Shown piece after piece: positions 37,709-48,682 of a stretch of DNA of 64,000 nucleotides. The stretch comes from Candidatus Woesebacteria bacterium (lineage in GTDB: Bacteria > Patescibacteriota > Microgenomatia > UBA8517): the NCBI GenBank assembly GCA_013374835.1, contig CP055307.1, positions 343,315 through 407,314 on the forward strand. Reading direction: 5' to 3'. Each line of letters begins with the position of its first letter. Within the stretch, counting starts at the first letter, position 1. A program made the position numbers and the translations under genes. The notes beneath the pieces were generated by a model. That model was not told the origin of the DNA and did no database searches. It saw nothing but the letters and a program-made list of their open reading frames with translations.

Positions 37709-39052
37709 CTAAGCAAGCTCTTTTAGTCTTTTTAGAAGCTCACCCCTTTTGTTGTCAATCTTTTTATCTTCGACTTCTTTGAAAAGTGTTTCTAAGATTT
37801 CACCAACTTTTGGACCGGGTTTTATACCAAGCTCTTTCATTACGTCGTGACCTGTTATTTTTAGATCGTGGATTGTAAATGGAGTTTTTTGTACTTCAAT
37901 TAGACGTTTTTTAAATTCCTCGGTGCGCCATGAGGTTTCGCGAGCACCGCTTCCCAGCCTGTCTGCTCTTCTTAATTCAAGCATATCCTCGACATTTTCG
38001 AGTCCTACTTTTCTTATGAATCTTTTTATTGCTTTATCGCTTTGGTTTTCGTCAACTGTAAATTGGTGATAGCGTACAAGTTTGTAGAGTTTTTCCCCCT
38101 CTTTTTTTGATAGTCTTAGTCTTGATGCTATGTTTTTCGCAATTTTTGCTCCGACTATTTCATGATTATAGAAAGTGATTATTCCCCCACTTGTTTTTTT
38201 ATAGGTTTGAGGTTTTCCTATGTCGTGGATAAATGTTGCTAGAGCAACAACCGGATCGTTTGATTTTAGGCTTTTAAGGGACATCAGAGCATGGGTTCCT
38301 ACGTCATAGATGTGGTGTCTTTGCGGAGAAACCTGATCTACACCAAACATTTTTTCTGCTTCCGGAAGGATTTCTTTCAAGAGATTTGTTTCTCTCATAA
38401 GCGTGATACCCTGAATTGGGTTCGGTGAAATTAGGATTTTAAAAAGTTCGTCTTTTATTCTTTCTTTGGCGATTTTATTTATTAAAGTGGCGGATGATTT
38501 AATAGCGTTGAAAGTTTCGTCTTCGATTGAAAATCCAAGCTGTGATGCTATGCGTAGTGCACGCAGAAGCCTAAGCGCATCTTCTTTTATGCGTTCGTTT
38601 GGGTCACCTACGGCTCTAATTAATTTTTTTTGAATGTCTTTTTGTCCGTTGAAAGGATCAATAATTGAGAGGGTAGTTGGGTCGATAGCCATGGCGTTGA
38701 TAGTAAAGTCGCGGCGATTTAAGTCCTCGGTGAGACTTTTCCCCCACTTGATTTTATCGGGACGACGGGAATCGGAATAGCCTTCTTCCGTTCTAAATGT
38801 AGTTATTTCGTGGGGTTTAAGATCAGGATCTTTTGCCGGTATACCAACTGTTCCGAACTTATTATCGTAGAAGCCGTTTTTGAATATTTTAAGAATTTCG
38901 TCGGGTGTGGCGTTTGTTGCGAAGTCCCAGTCGTTTATTATTTTGCCCATTAGAATGTCTCTTACTGCCCCTCCGACTATATAAATTTCGAAGCCTTTTG
39001 ATTTTAGTTTACGTGAAATTTTTATAACTTCATCTGGTAAAGATATCTTCAT
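37709..39052 (-). CDS. cca: CCA-adding tRNA nucleotidyltransferase with HD domain
   Basis: Pol-beta NTase head (…IYIVGGAVRDILMG…DWDF) and HD motif (FIHDIGK). Confidence 0.8.
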   Translation of the reverse strand: MKISLPDEVIKISRKLKSKGFEIYIVGGAVRDILMGKIINDWDFATNATPDEILKIFKNGFYDNKFGTVGIPAKDPDLKPHEITTFRTEEGYSDSRRPDKIKWGKSLTEDLNRRDFTINAMAIDPTTLSIIDPFNGQKDIQKKLIRAVGDPNERIKEDALRLLRALRIASQLGFSIEDETFNAIKSSATLINKIAKERIKDELFKILISPNPIQGITLMRETNLLKEILPEAEKMFGVDQVSPQRHHIYDVGTHALMSLKSLKSNDPVVALATFIHDIGKPQTYKKTSGGIITFYNHEIVGAKIAKNIASRLRLSKKEGEKLYKLVRYHQFTVDENQSDKAIKRFIRKVGLENVEDMLELRRADRLGSGARETSWRTEEFKKRLIEVQKTPFTIHDLKITGHDVMKELGIKPGPKVGEILETLFKEVEDKKIDNKRGELLKRLKELA

Positions 39053-39069
39053 ATGCTAAATTATACGAT

Positions 39070-40692
39070 ATGGGGGAATATAAATGGGAAGTGATCAATA
39101 AGTCAAAAGCTTATGATATTATTGATGCTCTTCTTTACAATAGGGGTATAAAAACAAAAAAGGAGAAGAAAGAGTTTTTTAAACCGAGACACCCTGATGA
39201 AATAACTTTGGAAGAGTACGGAATTGATCCAGTGATGTTTGAGAAGGCAATTAAGCGAATTGAAAAGGCTCTTTCTAGAAAGGAGAAAATTGTTGTTTTC
39301 GGAGATTACGATGCGGATGGAATTTCCGCTACTGCAATCGTCTGGGAGGCTCTTTATAAGTTGGGCGGCAATGCAATGCCTTACATACCCGATAGATTTT
39401 CGGAAGGGTATGGCATGAGCACTTCTAGTATAGATGTTTTGTTTCAAAAATATCCAGATTTGTCATTATTAATAACGGTGGACAACGGAATTACTGCAAA
39501 TGAGGCTGTTTCTTATGCAAAAGAAAAGGGGATTGATGTTATAGTTACAGACCACCATCAGCCCGGAAAAAAGAAGCCCAAGGCACACTCTGTTGTTCAC
39601 AGTACAAAAATTTGCGGATCCGGAGTGGCATATGTTTTGGCAAATAAACTTGTCAAAGGCAATTGGCTTGAGCTTGCGGCTATTGGCACAATATCAGATC
39701 AGATGCCTCTTTTGTCTGTTAATCGTTCTATTGTTAAATACGGCTTGGCTGATCTTTCTTTGACTAAGCGTGAGGGGCTTGTTGCATTGTTTAAGCAAGC
39801 GGGGCTTGAAACTGCTTCTATTAATGCTTATCATGTGGGTTTTATAATTGCTCCAAGATTAAACGCCATGGGTAGGATGAGCAATTCGCTTGATTCGCTA
39901 AGGCTAATCTGTACAAAAGATTCTGAGAAAGCAAAGAGTTTGGCAACGATTTTAAACGAGATGAATGCGAGAAGGCAAATGGCTGTGGAAGAATCATATT
40001 CAGTTGCAAGAGAAATGGTGTCATTGGATTCTAGTGGAATAATCGCTGTTTCTCACGAGAACTTTCACGAGGGAATAATTGGTCTTATTGCTTCTAATCT
40101 TGTTGAAGAGTTTTATAGGCCTAGTATTGTTATTTCAAAGGGAAAGACTCTATCAAAAGCTTCGGCAAGATCAATTGTAGGTTTTAATATAATTGAGAGT
40201 ATTAGGAAGTTTGATCATTTTTTGGTTTCGTGTGGAGGTCATCCTATGGCTGCTGGATTTACTATTCGTAATAAAGATATCGATAAGTTTATAGATGAGT
40301 TTAATAATTTTGCAAAAGATTTTCTTAATGATGATCTGCTTCGAAAAACGCTTAGAGTTGATCTGGAGATAGGATTTGATGATATAAACTGGGAATTACA
40401 AGAAAGAATTGAAGATTTTGAACCTTTTGGTCTTGGAAACCCAGCGCCTAGCTTTTTGACGAGAGAGGTATGTATTGTTGAAAAAAAGGTAGTAGGCAGG
40501 GACGGGAAACACTTAAAACTTAAGCTTAGCCGAGACGGGCGTGAGTATAGCGCGATTGCTTTTGGATTTGGTGATAGGAAAATAGACGAGGACGAAAATA
40601 TTGATTTGGTGTACGGAATTGAAAAAAATTCATGGAATGGGCATGAGGAAATACAGCTAAACATAAAGGACATAAGGGCATCAAGTTTATGA
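39070..40692 (+). CDS. recJ: single-stranded-DNA-specific exonuclease RecJ
   Basis: DHH motifs (VVFGDYDADGISATAI; ITVDNG; VIVTDHHQP) and DHHA1 region. Confidence 0.85.
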   Translation: MGEYKWEVINKSKAYDIIDALLYNRGIKTKKEKKEFFKPRHPDEITLEEYGIDPVMFEKAIKRIEKALSRKEKIVVFGDYDADGISATAIVWEALYKLGGNAMPYIPDRFSEGYGMSTSSIDVLFQKYPDLSLLITVDNGITANEAVSYAKEKGIDVIVTDHHQPGKKKPKAHSVVHSTKICGSGVAYVLANKLVKGNWLELAAIGTISDQMPLLSVNRSIVKYGLADLSLTKREGLVALFKQAGLETASINAYHVGFIIAPRLNAMGRMSNSLDSLRLICTKDSEKAKSLATILNEMNARRQMAVEESYSVAREMVSLDSSGIIAVSHENFHEGIIGLIASNLVEEFYRPSIVISKGKTLSKASARSIVGFNIIESIRKFDHFLVSCGGHPMAAGFTIRNKDIDKFIDEFNNFAKDFLNDDLLRKTLRVDLEIGFDDINWELQERIEDFEPFGLGNPAPSFLTREVCIVEKKVVGRDGKHLKLKLSRDGREYSAIAFGFGDRKIDEDENIDLVYGIEKNSWNGHEEIQLNIKDIRASSL

Positions 40693-42167
40693 AAATTAAC
40701 TATTTGGATGATTTGATTTATAAAGTTAAGGAGAAAGATATATCTATTGACTTAAATGTACTAAAAAAGGCGTATCAATTTGCCGAGATAGCTCATTACG
40801 GGCAAAAAAGAAAAACCGGAGAGGATTATATTTCGCATGTTGTTGAGGTGGCTAAACTTCTTTGTGAGTGGAAGCTTGATCAAGATACTATTGTAGCCGG
40901 AATTTTGCATGACGTTGTTGAGGATGGTGGAATTAAGATTGAAGAAATATCAAGAGAATTTGGTCGTGATGTAGCCTTTTTGGTTGACGGTATGACAAAG
41001 GTTTCCAATGTTAGATTGAAGGGAAGCCGTGAACAGGAGTTTGTAGAGAATTTAAGAAAAATGTTTTTGGTAATGGCTAAAGACTTGAGAGTGGTTCTTA
41101 TTAAGCTTGCAGATCGGGTTCATAATATGAGGACATTGGAACCTTTACCTGAGAGCAAGAGAATTAGAATTGCTACGGAGACACTTGAAGTGTTTGCTCC
41201 GCTTGCTGAGCGTTTGGGTATGGGTGAGATAAAGGCGGAGCTTGAAGATTGTGCTTTTCCTTACGTTTATCCTAAGCAATATAAAGAGGTTTTTCAGAAA
41301 TCAAAACCTTTTTATCATAATGCGGAAAAGCACATTGAATCTATGAGGAGAGAGGTACTAAAGGAGCTTGCAAGGGCTGGGATTGAAGACGTTGATATAC
41401 ATGCTAGAAAGAAGCATCTTTATTCTTTGTGGAAGAAGCTTGAAAGACGTGAGATTGATTGGAATTTCGATAAGGTTTATGACATTGTGGCAATGCGGGT
41501 TATTGTTGATAAGGTAGCGGATTGTTATTTAGCGCTTGGGACAATTCATTCAATTTATAAGCCTGTACCTCATATCGGGGTAAGTGATTTTATAGCTCAG
41601 CCAAAACCAAACGGCTATAGATCTATTCATACTAAAGTTTTTGGACCAGGCGGCAGAATAGTTGAGGTGCAGATTAGAACTAAAGAGATGAATTATCAAG
41701 CTGAGTATGGCTTGGCTGCTCATTGGGCATATTCTGAGGCAAAGTCAAAGGGAGCACGGGATGAGGTTCTGCAGAAATTCGGAGCGAGTATTTCTACTGA
41801 CAAGCTTGTTTGGGTTAAGCAGCTTGCGAGGTGGCAGGAGGAGTTAAAAGACAACAGGGAGTTTCTCAATTTTGTAAAGCTTGATTTTTTCAAGCATAGA
41901 AATTTTGTTTTTTCTCCCAAGGGAGATGTTTACGATCTTCCAAGCGGAGCTACACCAGTTGATTTTGCATATGCCGTCCATACAGGTTTGGGGAAATATA
42001 TTAAAGGAGCTCGGGTTAATGGACGTATTGTAGCCTTAGATTATGAGCTTAAAAGCGGTGATGTTTGTGAAATAATTAAGGCAAAAAATCCCGGTAAGCC
42101 AAATAAAAGGTGGCTTGATTTTGTGGTGACTAATACTGCTATACGCGCTATTAAAAAGGAATATTGA
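40689..42167 (+). CDS. RelA/SpoT-family (p)ppGpp synthetase/hydrolase (short form, 492 aa)
   Basis: HD hydrolase (GILHDVVEDG) and synthetase (…YRSIHTKV…) domains. TGS-like C-terminus. Confidence 0.85.
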   Translation: MKINYLDDLIYKVKEKDISIDLNVLKKAYQFAEIAHYGQKRKTGEDYISHVVEVAKLLCEWKLDQDTIVAGILHDVVEDGGIKIEEISREFGRDVAFLVDGMTKVSNVRLKGSREQEFVENLRKMFLVMAKDLRVVLIKLADRVHNMRTLEPLPESKRIRIATETLEVFAPLAERLGMGEIKAELEDCAFPYVYPKQYKEVFQKSKPFYHNAEKHIESMRREVLKELARAGIEDVDIHARKKHLYSLWKKLERREIDWNFDKVYDIVAMRVIVDKVADCYLALGTIHSIYKPVPHIGVSDFIAQPKPNGYRSIHTKVFGPGGRIVEVQIRTKEMNYQAEYGLAAHWAYSEAKSKGARDEVLQKFGASISTDKLVWVKQLARWQEELKDNREFLNFVKLDFFKHRNFVFSPKGDVYDLPSGATPVDFAYAVHTGLGKYIKGARVNGRIVALDYELKSGDVCEIIKAKNPGKPNKRWLDFVVTNTAIRAIKKEY

Positions 42168-42207
42168 CTCAGGGAGCCGCTAAACTTACAATCAGGAAGA
42201 AGCTTGG

Positions 42208-43620
42208 GTGATTATGCAGAGAATACTTGTAAAAAGAAGTGTTTTGAAAAAAGATAAAGAAGTTTTACTTATGGGGTGGGTAGATAAGATAAGGGACCAT
42301 AAGCGTGTAGTTTTTATCGACCTAAGGGATATGAGTGGGGTAGTTCAGTGCGTGTTAGATCCTAAAGATTTTGACAGTAAAAAAATTACTATCGAGAGTG
42401 TCGTTGAGGTCGTTGGAGTGGTAAAAAAGCGACCAGAGAAATTAATAAATCCGAACATTGAGACGGGAGATATTGAGATAGAGGTTAAAGAAATTAATGT
42501 TTTATCTCCTGCCGGTGAGATACCTATTCCTTTAACAACCGATGGATATGAAATTGATGAATCCGTGAGGATGAAGTATCGGTATTTGGATCTTCGAAGA
42601 GCAAGAATGGCCCGGAATATTAGATTGCGGTCAAAGGTAGTACAATTTATCCGTGAATGGCTGCATGAAAGGGATTTTGTGGAGATTGAGACTCCGATAT
42701 TGACAAAGACAACTCCGGAGGGGGCAAGGGATTTTTTAGTTCCTTCAAGGCTTCAGCCTGGAAAGTTCTATGCATTACCTCAGTCTCCTCAGCAATATAA
42801 ACAACTTTTGATGATTGCTGGTTTTGAAAAGTATTTTCAGATTGCGCGCTGCTTTCGAGATGAAGATCCTAGGGCAGATCGTGCATATGGTGAATTTACA
42901 CAGCTTGATATAGAAATGAGTTTTGTTAAACAGGAGGATATTTTAAGATTAACGGAGAAGTTATTTACTCAATTAGTGAAGAAAATATTTCCTCATAAAA
43001 AAATTACTCAATCTCCTTGGCCCAGAATTTCTCATAAAGAAGCAATTGAAAAATATGGGAGTGATAAACCAGATTTGAGAAAAAACAAAGAGGATAAAGA
43101 TGAGCTGGCTTTTGCCTGGATAGTTGATTTTCCTTTGTTTGTGAAACAGAGCGATGATGATTATTTCTACGGATCGGGTGAAGCGCGTTTTGCCCCAAGC
43201 CATCACATGTTTACAGCGCCTCATCCTGATGATTTTACTCTCTTGGATAAAGATCCAATGAGAGTAAGAGGGCTGCAGCATGACATGATTTTGAACGGTT
43301 TTGAGGTGGGGGGAGGAAGTGTGCGAATTCATGATGCAAAGATTCAGGAAAAAGTTTTTGAACTTATTGGATTTAGCAAAAAGCAGCGGGATCAGTTTGA
43401 ACATATGCTGACGGCTTTTACTTACGGCGTGCCTCCACATGGCGGGATTGCTCCGGGGATTGATAGGTTTATTTATGTTGCTTTGGGTGAACCGAGTATC
43501 AGGGAGGTTATGGCTTTTCCGGCTACATCTGGAGGACAAACCGCCGTAATGGATGCTCCAAGCAGTGCGGATAAGAAGCAATTATCTGAGTTGGGCATAG
43601 AGGTAAAATCCGAAAAATGA
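42208..43620 (+). CDS. aspS: aspartyl-tRNA synthetase (compact form without bacterial insertion domain)
   Basis: Class II motifs. FYALPQSPQQYKQLLM…FQIARCFRDEDPRADR matches the AspRS active site. 470 aa. Confidence 0.8.
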   Translation: MIMQRILVKRSVLKKDKEVLLMGWVDKIRDHKRVVFIDLRDMSGVVQCVLDPKDFDSKKITIESVVEVVGVVKKRPEKLINPNIETGDIEIEVKEINVLSPAGEIPIPLTTDGYEIDESVRMKYRYLDLRRARMARNIRLRSKVVQFIREWLHERDFVEIETPILTKTTPEGARDFLVPSRLQPGKFYALPQSPQQYKQLLMIAGFEKYFQIARCFRDEDPRADRAYGEFTQLDIEMSFVKQEDILRLTEKLFTQLVKKIFPHKKITQSPWPRISHKEAIEKYGSDKPDLRKNKEDKDELAFAWIVDFPLFVKQSDDDYFYGSGEARFAPSHHMFTAPHPDDFTLLDKDPMRVRGLQHDMILNGFEVGGGSVRIHDAKIQEKVFELIGFSKKQRDQFEHMLTAFTYGVPPHGGIAPGIDRFIYVALGEPSIREVMAFPATSGGQTAVMDAPSSADKKQLSELGIEVKSEK

Positions 43621-44555
43621 CGTTTTTTCGATATTTAAAGAATAAACTTTTTTATTTTTCTATGGCCTCTTTTATATTTGTGGCTTCGTTTGCTTTTTAT
43701 GCTAGTTCGTTTGCAAAAATTCGAAACCGGCAGATTGTATATGAACCGAGATATGACCTTAGCCCGATACCGATGCTTAAAGGTAAAGTATCTTTTCCCG
43801 TACTTTCTGCATGGGGGGTTTACGCTATTGATCTTGATTCCAGAATTTCTCTTTTTGAGAAGAATTCCGACATAGCCTTTTTTCCGGCTTCTACGACTAA
43901 GATAATGACTGCTTTGGTTGCGATTGAAAATTATTCAACAGATGAGCGAGTCAGAATAAATGGAGAATATATTCCCGGTCAAAAAATGGGGCTTATTGCG
44001 GGTGAGGAGATTACCGTGCGGGATCTTTTAGATGGACTTTTGATTTTTTCGGGCAATGATGCTGCTGAGGCGTTGGCAGACCATTTTCCAAACGGGAGAG
44101 ACGGATTTGTTTATGAAATGAATAGGCGAGCAAAAGCCTTGGGGCTTAAAAATACTTATTTTTCAAATCCTTCGGGGTTAGATGAGGTTAACCACTTTTC
44201 TACGGCACGCGATCTTGTTATTTTAACAGAGTTTGCTCTTGATAATCCTATTTTTTCGGAAATAGTTTCTACGGAGTCAAAAACTGTTACAAGTATTGAT
44301 GGAACCATAGTGCATAGACTTACTAATTTGAATGAGCTTCTTGGAGAGGTAGATGGTGTATTGGGAGTAAAAACAGGGTGGACGGAGAATGCAAGGGAGA
44401 ATTTGGTTACTTATGTAAATCGTAATGGCAGGCGTGTACTGATTTCGCTGATGGGTAGCCAAGATAGATTTGGAGAAACGAGGGAGCTTATTAATTTTAT
44501 ATTTGAAAATTATAAATGGGTTTATCCATCGGCTCCGGTTTCGGTTTCGCCGTAA
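43617..44555 (+). CDS. D-alanyl-D-alanine carboxypeptidase (peptidase S11, PBP5-like)
   Basis: SxxK (PASTTKIMT) and SGN motifs. N-terminal signal/TM. Confidence 0.75.
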   Translation: MTFFRYLKNKLFYFSMASFIFVASFAFYASSFAKIRNRQIVYEPRYDLSPIPMLKGKVSFPVLSAWGVYAIDLDSRISLFEKNSDIAFFPASTTKIMTALVAIENYSTDERVRINGEYIPGQKMGLIAGEEITVRDLLDGLLIFSGNDAAEALADHFPNGRDGFVYEMNRRAKALGLKNTYFSNPSGLDEVNHFSTARDLVILTEFALDNPIFSEIVSTESKTVTSIDGTIVHRLTNLNELLGEVDGVLGVKTGWTENARENLVTYVNRNGRRVLISLMGSQDRFGETRELINFIFENYKWVYPSAPVSVSP

Positions 44556-45604
44556 TAGTCTGAGCTAACAGCAGGGACATAACCTACAAATCCTTTATCT
44601 CCTTCAAATACGACTATGGGCTGGAAAAATTGCGAGGGGACGTTTGGATCGTAGTATGCAAGATAAATATTTCTTATTGTGATAACGCCTTCTTTGTTAA
44701 GTCCGAGGTTTGCAATATAGCCTTTGCCTTTTTTAAGATCATCAAGTGCTTCCTGGCTTGTTTTGATGGGATAAGTTTCTTTTTGTTCTTCATCTATTGG
44801 ATAATAGTGGAATTCGGAAGCTATTATTCTTTTTTCAGTTTCTCTTGCGCCGCTTATTATAAACCAGACGTTTGCTTCAAGCGGATTTTTTGTTAAGCTT
44901 TTGTATTGCCCTTCTTCGCCGAATGATTTTCTAAACAAGTTTACTTTGACGAAGTTTGCCTCCGAAAGAGACAAGGCACTTACAAGTTTTTGGTTTTCCA
45001 GTTTTAGAAATTGTGCGTTGCCAAAAACAGTGAGATCTTTGGGAAGACTGTTGATTCTACTTAATGTGCTTTTTGCTATATCTTGGGCAGTTTCGGGAAA
45101 TGGCGGTTTGCTGTTTAAGGGAGACGGGTCTGCCGCTAAATTATAGCTTGTGGAAAAGGTGCCTGTTATTATATTCATTTCCATTGAAGCCGGTACTTGG
45201 GGATGTCTGAATCTATAGAGTGTGGAGCTTATTTCCGTTGGATTTGGGCTAAAGCCTAGTGCTTTTGCTTTTTCTTTGGCAATGTCAACCGAGTTTAGGT
45301 TCGCTGAAGATTTGGGCATATAATAAACGGGCATAGAGATAGGAAAATCAGGAAGAGTGCCCGTTGATGTTTCTACAGTGAAGGTGAGAGAGGGTATCGA
45401 AGCATCTTGTTCGGGGAATGGTATTTGTGGAAGGCGGCTAAAGCCAACCGTTGGCGGCGGAGGTGCGGGGGGGAAGAATTTGAGTCTTAATTGGTTGGCT
45501 GTATTTATAGCAAATCGCGCGATGAATATAAAAATCATGAAGTAGATACCGTATCTTATTGATTTTCTTGTTTTAATAGCAATATTTGTTAATTTAGTGG
45601 CCAT
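44522..45604 (-). CDS. hypothetical membrane-anchored protein (360 aa)
   Basis: N-terminal TM, Pro-rich linker, no recognised domain. Confidence 0.4.
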   Translation of the reverse strand: MATKLTNIAIKTRKSIRYGIYFMIFIFIARFAINTANQLRLKFFPPAPPPPTVGFSRLPQIPFPEQDASIPSLTFTVETSTGTLPDFPISMPVYYMPKSSANLNSVDIAKEKAKALGFSPNPTEISSTLYRFRHPQVPASMEMNIITGTFSTSYNLAADPSPLNSKPPFPETAQDIAKSTLSRINSLPKDLTVFGNAQFLKLENQKLVSALSLSEANFVKVNLFRKSFGEEGQYKSLTKNPLEANVWFIISGARETEKRIIASEFHYYPIDEEQKETYPIKTSQEALDDLKKGKGYIANLGLNKEGVITIRNIYLAYYDPNVPSQFFQPIVVFEGDKGFVGYVPAVSSDYYGETETGADG

Positions 45605-45648
45605 ATATCTTTGAGTATAATTTTAACAGATGGTAGAATTCAATTGAA

Positions 45649-46911
45649 ATGGTAAGAGTAAGGATAGCGCCTTCGCCAACTGGTTTTGCTCATGTAGGTA
45701 CTGCCTATACTGCTTTATTTAATTATGCTTTTGCTAAAAAAAATGGTGGGCAATTTGTGCTTCGGCTTGAGGATACTGATATTAAAAGAAATGTTGAGGG
45801 CGCTGAAAAGGCGATCTATGAGGGATTAACCTGGCTTGGCTTAACTTGGGATGAGGGAGCTGATATCGGCGGGAAATATGGGCCATACAAACAATCCGAA
45901 CGACTTGAAACTTATAAACAGTATGTTGAGCGGCTTTTGGATTCTGGGTATGCTTATCGAGACCAAAGAGCTATAAGGTTTAAAAATCCGAATTTAGATA
46001 TATTTTGGGACGATAAGGTTCGAGGTAGAATATCTTTTCCTGGCAACGAAATAAAAGATTTTGTAATTGTTAAATCTGATGGATTTCCTACTTATAATTT
46101 TGCCGTTGTAGTGGATGATATTTTAATGAAGATAACACATGTTATTCGTGGCGAAGAACATATATCAAATACTCCAAGACAAATTGCGATTTATAAGGCT
46201 TTGGATGAGAAGATACCCACTTTTGCACACTTGCCGACGTTGAGGAATAAAGATAGAAAGAAGCTTTCCAAGAGAAGAGATCCTGTTGATCTTAGAATTT
46301 TTCGATCAGAAGGTTATTTGCCTGAGGCTTTAGTAAATTTTCTTTGTCTACTTGGATGGTCGCACCCAGAAGAGAAGGAAATATTTGATTTGAAAGAATT
46401 TGTTGAGCTTTTTAGCCTTGAGAGAGTTAGGAAAGCGGGACCGATTTTTGATATGGAGAAACTCAATTGGATTAATGGTGAATATCTTAGAAAAATCCAA
46501 AAATCAAAATTGAGCAATCAAATATTTGCATTTTATGGTGGGAGATACTCAAAAAAGCTCATCAGCAAGATCGTTCCGTTAATTCAGAATAGGATGAGAA
46601 AGCTAACTGAATTTGAAAGTTTAGCTGGATTTATGTTTAATCGGAAAAAGCCCTTAAGGGTAACTGATAATTTTGAGCGGCATATAAAGGCTGCTTTTGA
46701 TGCTGTTTCCGGGATAAAAAAATGGGAAAGACAAGCAATTGATGAGAGTCTTATTAATAAAGTTAAGTCAGAAGGGTTTAAGACTGGAGATTTTTTTATG
46801 GATTTAAGGGCTTCGTTGTCCGGAAGCCGAGTGACTCCACCGATTAATGATTGTATTTATATTCTTGGAAAGGATGAGGTGCTAGAGAGGCTTTCTTTGT
46901 CGTTAAAATGA
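45649..46911 (+). CDS. gltX: glutamyl-tRNA synthetase
   Basis: HIGH region (PSPTGFAHVGTA) and KMSKS-like (KLSKR) motif. GluRS-specific N-terminal sequence. Confidence 0.85.
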   Translation: MVRVRIAPSPTGFAHVGTAYTALFNYAFAKKNGGQFVLRLEDTDIKRNVEGAEKAIYEGLTWLGLTWDEGADIGGKYGPYKQSERLETYKQYVERLLDSGYAYRDQRAIRFKNPNLDIFWDDKVRGRISFPGNEIKDFVIVKSDGFPTYNFAVVVDDILMKITHVIRGEEHISNTPRQIAIYKALDEKIPTFAHLPTLRNKDRKKLSKRRDPVDLRIFRSEGYLPEALVNFLCLLGWSHPEEKEIFDLKEFVELFSLERVRKAGPIFDMEKLNWINGEYLRKIQKSKLSNQIFAFYGGRYSKKLISKIVPLIQNRMRKLTEFESLAGFMFNRKKPLRVTDNFERHIKAAFDAVSGIKKWERQAIDESLINKVKSEGFKTGDFFMDLRASLSGSRVTPPINDCIYILGKDEVLERLSLSLK

Positions 46912-47909
46912 AAAAGAAAAATAATGAGATTGTCAAGGCTAAAGATGAAATAGTAAAGTATGATTTTGAGAATATTCGGGAAAAATTAAAGTTAAAAAGC
47001 TTTGATACGAAAAAGTCTTTTAGCGAGAAATATACTAAAGCTGATAGCTATTTAAAATCAAAGGGGTTTGATATATCAAGGATTAGGGAAAATTCGGCAA
47101 AGCTTGTTGGTGCAGGGGCGCTTCTCGGTTCTCTTTTGTTGTCGCCACCTATTTCTTTGGAGGACGGGTTAAATACCGAAGAGTTTGTTATTGAAGGGCT
47201 TAGGGGTGAAAAAAATGTGCCCATAGTTATGCCCGAGGAGGGTGTTATTGATATGCTTTCAAAGCTTTTACCTAAGAAACCTCGACCCTTATCAAGAATA
47301 GAGGAAAAATATTTGGAACGGGTTTTTGAGGATGTTATTGGCGTACCTGCACGGGCTACGCTTGAGGGAGAGCATCTTAATACTACTTACGGGTATATTG
47401 GCGCGGAGCAGCATTTAAAAAGATACCCGGGGGATAGATTGACTGATCACTTGCCGCGAGAGGGTGAATATGGGTTTGATAATCCGCAAGAAATTGTAAA
47501 GGAGGGCATTGCTCCCGGACTTGGCGCGTGGGGATATTTTGCTTCTTCAAGGGAAAAGCTTAGTGATGATCTTCGTGAGGTTGAAAAGTGGTATGCGGTT
47601 GTTCAGACGTTATATCTTCCGGATTGGAATATGCGCGCGAAATATTTGAAGGATTGGTACAAATACAGAAAGGTGTTGATTGTAAATCCCGAAAACGGAA
47701 AAGCCTTGGTCGCTTCGATTGCTGATTCAGGGCCTGCTGCTTGGACGGGAAAACATTTTGGGGGCAGTCCTGAAGTGATGAATTACCTTGGAGGTGCAAA
47801 GTATAAAAAGGGCGCTGTGGTTGTTTTTTTTGTTGATGATCCAAATAACAGTGTACCTTTGGGACCTGTCCGTTATAATATAGAAAGATTGCCGGGACTA
47901 AAAACATGA
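46908..47909 (+). CDS. hypothetical protein with one TM segment and possible C-terminal double-psi beta-barrel (RlpA/3D-like) region
   Basis: Weak resemblance (…VLIVNPENGKALVASIADSGP…) to DPBB lytic domains. Low confidence. Confidence 0.35.
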   Translation: MKKKNNEIVKAKDEIVKYDFENIREKLKLKSFDTKKSFSEKYTKADSYLKSKGFDISRIRENSAKLVGAGALLGSLLLSPPISLEDGLNTEEFVIEGLRGEKNVPIVMPEEGVIDMLSKLLPKKPRPLSRIEEKYLERVFEDVIGVPARATLEGEHLNTTYGYIGAEQHLKRYPGDRLTDHLPREGEYGFDNPQEIVKEGIAPGLGAWGYFASSREKLSDDLREVEKWYAVVQTLYLPDWNMRAKYLKDWYKYRKVLIVNPENGKALVASIADSGPAAWTGKHFGGSPEVMNYLGGAKYKKGAVVVFFVDDPNNSVPLGPVRYNIERLPGLKT

Positions 47910-48259
47910 GCAGTGTATTTTACGATCATTTAATAGATTTAAAAAAGGTTGAGAAGCATATCAAAAAAGTTGCTAAAACTCCTGAGGAGCGGGAGGAACT
48001 TTATAAATTGGTTGATGAGATAGTTCATCATAGGGTGATTGGGTGTATTCTTGATAATTTACCTGAGGATGAGCATGAAGTTTTTATGAGAAAGCTTATA
48101 AAAAAGCCGCATGATAGAAGGATTATGAAATATTTGGCAAAGAGAGTTGCTAAGGATGTAGAGGAATTCATAAAGTCTGAGATAAACAAGCTTGCGGTTG
48201 AGCTTTTGAGTATTGTTGAGGAGAAGACAAGACCTTCAGAAAAATCCAAGCTGAGTTAG
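47906..48259 (+). CDS. hypothetical helical protein (117 aa)
   Basis: ORF translationally coupled to the downstream DUF4258 gene. Confidence 0.35.
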   Translation: MSSVFYDHLIDLKKVEKHIKKVAKTPEEREELYKLVDEIVHHRVIGCILDNLPEDEHEVFMRKLIKKPHDRRIMKYLAKRVAKDVEEFIKSEINKLAVELLSIVEEKTRPSEKSKLS

Positions 48260-48260
48260 C

Positions 48261-48578
48261 ATGAAAAGGGATTACGGTGGGGTAATTTGGACGGATCATG
48301 CCCTTGAGAGGTTGCGGGAGCGAGGTATAAAGCAGGGGGATGCGTGGGCAGTGTTTAACCGACCGGATCAGAGCAGATATACAAAATCAAAGAGCGCATG
48401 GATTTACTACAAAATTTTCGGTAATCGAAGAATTGAGGTGGTGGCTAAAAAAAATGAGGAAGGCAAGTGGATAATACTATCTGTTTGGTCAAAGAGCGTG
48501 AATAAGAAACTTTCCGGTAAAAAGAGTGAAGGGGGCGGACTTTTATCCGCTTTATTAAGGTTTTTTAGGGGTATGTAG
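48261..48578 (+). CDS. DUF4258-like small protein, putative toxin-type
   Basis: W.DHALERLRERGI motif characteristic of DUF4258. 105 aa. Directly upstream of tRNA-Gln. Confidence 0.45.
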   Translation: MKRDYGGVIWTDHALERLRERGIKQGDAWAVFNRPDQSRYTKSKSAWIYYKIFGNRRIEVVAKKNEEGKWIILSVWSKSVNKKLSGKKSEGGGLLSALLRFFRGM

Positions 48579-48608
48579 GCTAATTTGTGATAAAATAGGC
48601 ATAATTAT

Positions 48609-48682
48609 TGCCTGGTCGTCTAATGGTAGGACGTCGCGCTCTGGACGCGAAAATTGGGGTTCGAATCCCTACCGGGCAGCCA
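48609..48682 (+). tRNA. tRNA-Gln (anticodon CTG), CCA encoded
   Basis: Hand-folded. Acceptor TGCCTGG/CCGGGCA with U1:A72. Anticodon stem TCGCG/CGCGA, loop CU-CUG-GA. T-loop TTCGAAT. 3' GCCA. Confidence 0.85.
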